DNA of 56,920 bases, the filler included, from Sphacelaria rigidula (Eukaryota), in NCBI GenBank assembly GCA_964200075.2. It is 3 parts of 3 records of this genome, joined end to end, with 100 filler letters (N's around TTAATTAATTAA, not from the genome) between each part and the next. Parts side by side here need not be neighbours in the genome. Positions count along the whole stretch, not along the records: positions 38,019 to 56,920 come from CAXNAA020000768.1; 2 more parts are not named here. The stretch is one strand, 5' to 3'. The stretch's first letter is position 1. Each line of letters begins with the position of its first letter. The position numbers and the translations under genes are program-made. Below are positions 48,317-56,920 of this stretch, piece by piece. The notes under the pieces were generated by a model, which was not told where the DNA came from, searched no databases, and was given only the letters and a program-made list of their open reading frames with translations.

Positions 48317-51300
48317 ATGGCGGACTCATCCTCCACCGCGCTCAACCGAGCAGTCGACCACATCGGTAAATGCAGAGGCCCCGGGGACTTTCGCGAGTGG
48401 TCCGGGAAAATTCGTCAAGCGATGAGCCTGTACGCGCGGCAGACGCTTCTCATCCTGGACGGATCAGCTTGTCCTAACGAGCAGGAGGAACGTGAGGTCT
48501 GGCAGAAGGCTAACAGCGACTTGTTCTCCATCCTGTTCTTCGCAACCGAGGGATCCGCGTTCGTTACCGTGAAAGAGCACGAGGGCAAGACAGAGGGCGT
48601 AGCGGGGGACGGTGCTGCCGCCTGGAATGCCCTCAAGGAGCGTTTCGACGCAAACACCAAAGAAGCCCGCCGTGCTTGTCGCGACAAACTGTTCAACAAC
48701 CCCATGAAACCAGGCAGCGACCCAGTGGACTACTTCGCCACCATGGACGAGATGCGGTTGCGACTGAAGGACTTTGGGGAGGAACTCATCGATGACAGCT
48801 ACGTCGATGTTCTGCTTCGTTCTCTTCCCAAGGAATATGATTTTATCACACAGATTAACTATCGCAACCGTTCCTTCAGCCTGGAGGACATGAAACGGGC
48901 AGCTATTAACTTCCACATAGACGAGTTGTTCCGCAAGTTGTCTCATTCTCCCATTGCTGGGCGTGGAGCGGCGATGGCCGCTGCTTCAGGCAGCGACCAA
49001 TGCCACCATTGCCAAGGCTACGGACACTTTCGGAAGGACTGCCCTAAGCTTGTGCAGAAGAAGCGGCCCACGAAGTGGAAGAAGATGAGGGGCCCGAAAC
49101 CTGGCGGCGGCGGTGGTTCTTCGCAAAAGTGGTGTTCGTACCACAAAACTGCAAGCCACGGCGACTCCGACTGTCACAAGCAGAAGGAGCTCAAGAAAAA
49201 GGAGCTTAATCAGCTGGCTGCCAAGTTGGCTCTTCTCAACATAAAACCGCAGGCTGGGCAATTCCCCAACATAGCCAGTGCGCTTGTCGCACAAAACCCA
49301 CAACCGGAACCTGAACCCGAGCCGATAACTTTGGGTTCTCGTACTGCGCGATGGGTACTTGCTTGGCTGGGGCGCAAGTGGGCACCACTACCACCGCGGC
49401 ACCGTCTGCGGCATCAGCTGGGAAACCGGCAGCTCCCGCGACACCACCGGCACAGGTCGGATCTGCTCCCACGAAGGAATCCCAGAAGATCAGCGGCACG
49501 CCTGGAGGGGTCTTCGGTGCGTTCATAGCATCCACTGCTCTACCGGCCGGAATCTTCTGGTCTGGTGGGGACAAGGTCACCATGCTAGTGGACAGCGGAG
49601 CCACCGAGCACTTTGTAGACCCGCTCCTCACTCCTGGATTGCATGACTCCATGCGCGACTTGCGCGCTCTCGACGTACCGTATCAAGTCGAAGGAATTGG
49701 GGGGAAATCTCTCAAAGGTGTCGCAACGGGTACGGTCCACGGCACCGTTGTCGATGGCGGAGGTTTCGAACAGCCGTTCTCCTTTCACGCTGTTCTTGTT
49801 CCAGGGCTGGGATCTAACCTTTTCTCTGTCTGCACCGCATGGGCGCAGGGGATAGCTACGTTATTTCATCCTGCCAAGCCCAGGTTGGAATAAAGCGAGG
49901 TGGACAACGGAGAAATGGCTCTGCCGATGAACGTGCTTGGCGTGGACAACACGACCGGGAAGCTGCTGTGCACTTTCACTTTGGAGCTTGGCGACGGCTC
50001 TGGAGGTGGTTCCAGTGCACTTGCACTGCGGGCTTTTTCTGCGGAGCTGTGGCACCGGCGGATAGGAGCTTAGATGTCCTCCGGAAACAACTAGGCAACG
50101 GGGTTGAGTACAACGGGGACATGGATGATTGTGGTGTCTGCGCCGTCGGTAAGAGAGTGAACAGCAAGCTCATCTAAGAAGGCGACGCATGATGCACAGT
50201 ATCCTTGCCAGTCCGTCACCGTGGACCTCATGGGTCTCATCTCCCCTACAGCCATTAGTGGGTTCCGAATGGTCTCAAAGTTTGTCGACCAGGCCACAAA
50301 GTGGAAGGAGATTTTTCTCCTTTAAGACAAAACACAAACAACGGAATCTCTCAAGCTCCCTAACGCGGGGCTTGTGATTCCCTCTGGATATCGCTTGGAA
50401 CGCGTTCAAGCTGATAAAGGTTCAGAGTTCACGAGTGCTGAGTTCCGTCAGTACTGTCGGGAGGTCGGGATCAAGCTCGTGTTTGCTTCAACTAACACGC
50501 CGCAGCAGATAGGAGACAACGAGCGGGCAGGAAAGACGATCGTGGGGATTGTACGCTGCTTGGTCGCGGACTCAGGTCTTCCCAACAAACTCTGGGAGGA
50601 GCTGATGCTGACGGCTGCATACCTCAGCAACCGGACTCCCCACGCAGCATTGAACAACGACACGCCCTACAAACGCCTCTACGGCAAGGACGCAACCCTC
50701 GAACATTTTCGGACGATCGGGGCAAGGGCGGTCGTGGGTTACAGCATGGATAGCACGTCGCACCGGGTTTACAACCCAGCGACAGGGACTGTAAGGGAAA
50801 GCAGGAACGTGATCTTCATCGAGACTCCTTCCGCCATGCCTGAAACTGACTTGGCGAATGGTCTTGAAAAAGGAGATTTTACGTACGACGACGTCGATGA
50901 CATGATACGGGATGTCCGGAACTATTCATCCAACATCGACCTGAGATCGTCGCCTGCTGCTGGCCAAGAGGTTCGCAACCCTTCAGTTCGCGCGCTATTC
51001 GAACACATCAAGGAGATAACCAACCGCGATGCTGGTATCAATCATACCAACTCTGCGTCTTCCGAGACCGCACCAACCGACAATCCATCGGGTGATCCGC
51101 CTGGGGGAGACGACCCTGGAGGAGATCGCCCTGGTGATTCGCCTAGAGGAGACAGCCCTACCCCGTCTGAGGAAGGGAGCCCTGCAGGTACAGGTGGTGG
51201 TTCTGAGTCGGGTGGTAGCTCCGGTGATTCGGGGTCTGGTTCGGCGTCGCACGGCGAGGGTAGCTCCCGCGGAGGTTCCGCGTCACGTGGTGGGCGTGGT

Positions 51301-53001
51301 GCTCACGGTGGGCGACATGGCACGACATCTCGTGGTGGGCGGGGTGGTTCTACAAAGGCCCAACGCAGGGACTCTCCGCGAATCGAAGAAACTTGGACTA
51401 CACACGAAGGGGGAGAGACAGGACATCGCCCACAAGGACGAGTTCGTGTACTTCGTCCATTACGCCTATGCAGCGCAAAACGTCCAACAGAAGGTTTCCA
51501 GGACATTCAGGGAGGCCATGGAGCTAGCTGACGCGAAACTATGGCGAGCGGCTACCCGCAAAGAAATGGACAGGTTGGAGGAACTTAGGGTCTTCACGCT
51601 GGTCCCGCGCAAGACTGTTGCTACTGGCTCCAGGATCTACAAGCCCCAATGGGTTTTCAAGATCAAAGCCGACAACATCCACAAAGCGCCCTTGGTGGTC
51701 TCTGGCTGGGGACAAGTCCCGGGCAAGGACTGCGAATGGTCCTGGCTATCGCCGCGGAGATGGACTGGGAGGTGGTTCAGATGGACGTGAATACTGCTTT
51801 CTTGTACGCTTCTCTCGAGGAAGATGTGCACGTGGAAGCAGCGCCTGGGTACGAGAAGATAGACAAGGATGGAGTTCCACTCGTCATGAAGTTGCACAAG
51901 AATCTTCACGGACTTACTTAAAGTCCCGGGAACTGGTTCAAGACCATCGACCCGGAACTCGTCGCTCTCGGGTTCGTTCCGCTCCAGTCTGACACCGGTG
52001 TTTACATATACAGGGAGAACGGCGTAGTCATCATCCTGACTCTCTACGTGGACGACCTCCTCCTCGTTGGAGCTGACATCCAGGTTATCGAGAGCATTAA
52101 ACATAAGTTGATGAAGCGGTTCAAGGTGACGGACATGGGAGGCGATTCACTCGTGCTTGGGATGCAGGTTACGCGTGACCGCCAGGAGAAGACGATCATG
52201 ATCAGCCACGAGAACTACACCAGATCCATCCTGGAGAAGTCTGGCATGGCGGACTGCAAGCCTGTGAGCACCCCCGGTTTCGGAAAGGAGCTGTCCACCA
52301 ACCAGCCGGAGGGGACTCTTCTCAACGAGGAAGAAACGCAGAGGTTCCAGGCCATAATAGGCTCGGTCATGTACCTAACCCAGATTATGCGCTACGATGT
52401 CATGTACAGCACTTGTCAACTTGCTCGTGCGATGTCTAAATCGTCGAAAGCGCATATGGGTGCGGCCAAGCACTTGCTCAGGCATCTGGCGGGAACCCTA
52501 GATTTTTCCCCGGTCTACAAGAAGGGAGGGTTCAAGCTGACAGCCTTCTTTGACTCCAACTGGGGGAACAACCCCGACAGCGGCAAGTCGACGTCGTGCT
52601 ACATCATGATGTTCTGCAAGGCTCCCGTAAGTTTCAGGTAGGGTGTTCAAAGCCATACGGCAAAGTCCCCAATGGAGGCGGAGCTGGTGGCTGCAGCGCT
52701 GGCCATAAAGGAAGCGATTTTCTGCTCCAATATGCTGATCGAGCTTGGTTTCGGAAAGGAGGTCGAGAAGGTGCCGCTGTACATCGACAACACGGCGACA
52801 CTACATGTGATCGGGAACCGCGCGTACAGCTCTCGCACGGAGCATATCGCGTTGAGGTTCTTCTACATCCGTGAGCTAGTTAGCGAGGGAAATATGACGA
52901 TTCATTACGTCCCCACCGAAGACAACCTAGCTGACATAGGGACGAAGCACTTGACGAAGCTACGTCTTCAGCAACTTCTTCACAAGTTCAATAACTTCTG
53001 A
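48317..53001 (+). pseudogene. Copia gag-pol polyprotein, disrupted
   Basis: Zinc knuckle CHHCQGYGHFRKDC (49001-49042), protease LVDSGAT, pre-integrase LWHRR, integrase QADKGSEF..TPQQIGDNER, RT QMDVNTAFL and LYVDDLL, RNase H DSNWG..EAE..IDN..ADIGTK. In-frame stops at 49891, 51919 and 52639 plus several frameshifts. Confidence 0.95.
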
Positions 53002-53317
53002 CGCCTTCTACATCATCACTAACAACTTCTGACGTTTTCATCAACATGGGTACATTATGATATTTTCGTGTTTACAATTGAGTAGTCTATTATGGCTCGC
53101 ATCATCATTGATCGCTAGAGCACTTTAGCTTTGAATTCAAGAGTATTCTGGTTCATGATACATTATTTGCAGAAAGTATATTAACGCGTGTACGTCAAGT
53201 ACTCGTAGCACGTAGAAGGAAATATTTTTGGAACGAAATGAATTTAGCGTTTGATTCTCATCGCGTTTCTTTTCTGATTATTTGCTTATTTATTTCTTGA
53301 TTCACTGCACTTTCATT

Positions 53318-53326
53318 GAAGGGGAG
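53318..53326 (+). promoter_or_regulatory. Polypurine tract
   Basis: GAAGGGGAG immediately 5' of LTR2; GAAGGAGAG at 56177-56185 precedes LTR3. Confidence 0.85.
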
Positions 53327-53869
53327 TGTTATGGAAATCTTAGCTCATGTCCATGTACTAGTCAATGTTCAGTTCCGTAGCACTGCTGTTGTAGCATAGT
53401 ACATCTTGTCGGTCTAATACGTGTCGGTTTGTGAGTAACGTGTGTTAGCTCATGTCCATGTACTAGTCAATGTTCAGCTCCGTAGCACTGCTGTTGTAGC
53501 ATAGTACATCTTGTCGGTCTAATACGTGTCGGTTTGTGAGTAACGTATGATATGCGGAGGAACTACTTTGCTGTGTTCCATCGCGGAGGTCACTCCAACT
53601 CCTCCTTCTCCTCCTCCCTGCTGATCTTACTACTGTTTTTTCTTCCAAGGGCAGCTCCATCTTCTAGACTTTAGGGTAATCTGTGATTTACATCTCTGTG
53701 TGTGTTGGCCACCTAAGCGCCACTGTCAACATCATATCATCATCTCTGCTACACAGAAGCATCACCCTGCTTCTCTTCGGCTCTCCACTGCCGAGTGTCC
53801 CGTACCTCGACTAACCTCCAGAGGCACAGCCTCTGTCACGGTGCCAAGGTACAAAACGTTACCATAATA
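53327..53869 (+). repeat. LTR2 (543 bp, shared, with a 105-bp internal tandem duplication)
   Basis: 53340-53444 is repeated at 53445-53549; 543-105=438. Confidence 0.92.
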
Positions 53870-56185
53870 GGTTATGAAAGCCTCGAGTGTGGCGGCAAGT
53901 GGAGATTTTTGATCAACGCGACCGGCTGCCGTTGCGTGCTGCTGTTGTGCACACACAACATCTACGATTCACGAAGTGGTTAGCTAGAGGCAGCGTTTCT
54001 GCTGGAGCCAGTGTTTTTGCTGGAGATTGGACGTGGAGTCAACGCGCTTGTCATCGAGCCCGGACTGATCACTTGGGTTCACGGCTGCACATTCGGTACG
54101 CTGCTGTTTTGTGTAAGACATTCGGGGTGCATAACTTCTAGGCGTTGACTCCGGTTGGCGAATAGAGTTGTGCAACGTTTGGTAGACCGCGTGCGGAGAC
54201 CTGAGTACGCGACCGACATCCCAACAGCCTGCGCGTTGTTTATCGCGGGGCAAAGTCTTTCCAAGATATCTTCCACGTGCTGAGTGCCGTCTCGGTAGCG
54301 TGTATATCGGCTGAGGAACTGACTTCACGGGCTGGTATTTCACTTTGCTGTAGCTTCACCTTCAAGCCTGGCGTGAACTGCTTCACATCAGTCGCCTGCG
54401 CGTGGTATACGCGAGGTGGAGTTGTCCGAGATACCTTCCGCGTGCTTTGTCCGGCGCGTGGGTAGGTTGAAGTATCTAAGATATCTCTAGTGGTTGAGGA
54501 TAACACTCGGCCTGTTAGCAAATCGCTGCAGCCAAAAGGCTGCACTGAAAGACGTGTAGCAACCTAAGCGGTTACACCTAACCCATGTGATTTCAGGACG
54601 TGGCCGGAGTTGGTACCTCCGTCGCCAAAACACCGCAGTTTAACCAACCGCGGTAGGTCTAAACTGTGTTTTCGTCGAGCACAGGAGTCTGGGCGGACGC
54701 TGGAAGAGCATCCGACGGACAAGGGTTGTAGGCTTCCGAGCTACGATCTGACACGCACTACGCTGCGTACAGCACTATTATTCCCCTGCACTGCTTTTGC
54801 GCGTCGAGGCTTTTTTTCTGTATTCGGGGCGTTAGAGGCGTGCACATGGTCTGCGCGTTCCGCGCGTTGAACCAGGTGGTCGACTTCACAGGCGTGTGAG
54901 GGCTACGAAACCATGGCGGACGCATCCGTCACCGCGCTCAACCGAGCAATCGACCACATCGGAAAATGCAAAGGCCCCGGGGACTTTCGCGAGTGACCCG
55001 GGAAATTCGTCAAGCGATGAGCCTGTACGCGCGGCAGATGCTTCTCATCCTGGACGGATCAGCTTGTCCTAACGAGCACGAGGAACGCGAGGTCTGGTAG
55101 AAGGCTAACAGCGACTTGTTCTCCATCCTGTTCTTCGCAACCGAGGGATCCGCGTTCGTTACCGTGAAAGAGCACGAGGGCAAGACAGCGGGCGTAGCGG
55201 GGGACGGTGCTGCCGCCTGGAATGCCCTCAAGGAGCGTTCCGACGCTCAAGTAGCGGGGGACGGTGCTCGGCTTTTCCCATTTCGATTCACGTGAAGATT
55301 TTGCCTCCCAAAACCATGCACTTTTTTGGGGGGGGCTATCGTAGAAAGTGTCCCAAGATTTTTCCCTGGTCTACAAGAAGGGAGGGTTCAAGCTGACAGC
55401 CTTCTCTGACTCCAGCTGGGGGAACAACCCCGACAACGGCAAGTCGACGTCGTGCTACATCATAATGTTCTGCAAGGCTCCCGTAAGTTTCAGGTCGGGT
55501 GTTCAAAGTCTTACGGCAATGTCCACCATGGAGGCGGCTGGTGGCTGCAGCGCTGGCCATAAAGGAAGCGATTTTCTGCTCCAATATGCCGATCGTGCTT
55601 GGTTTCGGAAAGGAGGTCAAGAAGATGCCGCTGTACATCGACAACACGGCGACACTACATAAGATCGGGAACCGCGCGTACAGCTCTCGCACGAACCATA
55701 TCGCGTCGAGGCTCTCCTACATCCGTGAACTAGTCAGCGAGGGAAAGATGACGATTCACCACGTCCCACCGAAGACAACCTGGCTGACATAGGGACGAAG
55801 TACTTGACGAAGCTACGTCTTCAGGAACTTCTTCGCAAGTTCAAGAACTTCTGGCGCCTTGAACGTCATCATTAACTAACAACTTCTGACGTTTTCATCT
55901 ACATGAGTAAATTCATGACATTTTCGTGTCTACAATTGAGTAGTCTATTATGGGTCGTATCATCACTGATCGCTAGAGCACTTTAGCTTTGAATTTAAGA
56001 GTATTCTGGGTCATGATACGTTCTTTGTAGAAAGTATATTAACGCGTGTACGTTAGGTACTCGTAGCATGTAGAAGGAAATATTATTGGAACGGAATGAA
56101 TTTAGCGTTTGATTCTCATCGCGTTTCTTTTCTTATTTTTTGTTTAATTGTTTCTTAATTTCACTGCACTTTCATTGAAGGAGAG
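53870..56185 (+). mobile_element. Second copia internal region with a ~3.8-kb internal deletion
   Basis: Leader and gag start (ATG 54913, early TGA 54994) run to 55246, then filler DNA 55247-55351, then the sequence resumes at the RT end/RNase H. Confidence 0.92.
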
Positions 56186-56628
56186 TGTTATGGAAATGTT
56201 AGCTCATCTCATGTCCATGTACTAGTCAATGTTCAGTTCCGTAGCACTGCTGTTGTAGCATGGTACATCTTGTCGGTCTAATACATGTCGGTTTGTGAGT
56301 AACGTATTATATGCGGAGGAACTACCTTGCTGTGTTCCATCGCGGAGGTCACTCCAACTCCTCCTTCTCCTCCTCCCTGCTGATCTTACTACTGTCTTGT
56401 CTTCCAAGGGCAGCTCCGCCTTCTGGACTTTAGGGTAATCTGTGATATATATCTCTGTGTGTGTTGGCCACCTAAGCGCCACTGTCAACATCATATCATC
56501 ATCTCTGCTACACAGAAGCATCACCCTGCTTCTCTTCGGCTCTCCACTGCCGAGTGTCTCGTACCTCGACTAACCTCGAAAGGCACAGCCTCTGCCACGG
56601 TACCAAGGTACTTAAAGTTACCATAATA
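56186..56628 (+). repeat. LTR3 (443 bp)
   Basis: TGTTATGGAA..CCATAATA, with a 5-bp CTCAT duplication near its start. Confidence 0.92.
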
Positions 56629-56920
56629 TCATGAGTACCTCCAAACCCCCATGGCCAGTGAGGTTTCGAGCCAAGGTAGAAAAAAAGAAGGAACGCTTTG
56701 AAAATGACGTCTATGGAATGGATTTGCTCTCATGTACTGCCTACCACGTTCGGTTGGACTCTACAACACATCGCCCAACTGTCCCCATCCGTCGACCGAT
56801 CGCGAATGCCCCTGCTCATCAATATTCCTCCTGTCGTTGATCCGACTTCACTCTTCCCACCGGAAGAATGAGGCGCTCTCCCCTCATGCTAGTTCTGGGT
56901 CCATAGGCATGCCCCTAATA

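Larger units (their letters stand above)
46841..56628 (+). mobile_element. Tandem Ty1/copia LTR retrotransposon: LTR1 - full internal region - LTR2 - deleted internal region - LTR3
   Basis: Three homologous LTRs, two primer-binding sites, two polypurine tracts and gag-PR-INT-RT-RH domain order. Confidence 0.95.

Noticed and set aside
46841..56628. LTR2 and LTR3 agreeing against LTR1 at about 10 sites as proof of chimerism
   Set aside because: LTR2 and LTR3 each have a similar number of private changes (star-like pattern), so these sites are not informative by themselves.

Overview
Eukaryotic, intron-rich and repeat-rich DNA, probably from a photosynthetic stramenopile (brown alga-like). This is inferred from a bipartite plastid-targeting presequence, kb-long GT-AG introns and TTAGGG motifs. 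The window is three contigs joined by two artificial 100-bp gap linkers. I reconstructed two apparently intact spliced genes on the + strand: a plastid-targeted 2Fe-2S ferredoxin-like protein (3 exons, 11917-17729) and a coiled-coil protein (at least 4 exons from 41943). Three degenerate spliced genes lie on the - strand: an EF-hand protein N-terminus, a fibrillin-like plastid protein and a LYR/FMC1-like protein. Two of these sit head-to-head with the intact genes. The last 10 kb holds a tandem three-LTR Ty1/copia structure with a half-tRNA primer site, TG..TA termini, no target-site duplication (TSD) and a filler-DNA-repaired deletion. The rest is MITEs (piggyBac-, Tc1/mariner- and PIF/Harbinger-like), long fold-backs, two tRNA-derived SINE families and microsatellites. 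Family assignments come from motif recognition by eye; no database searches were run. Most ORFs in the supplied track appear spurious.
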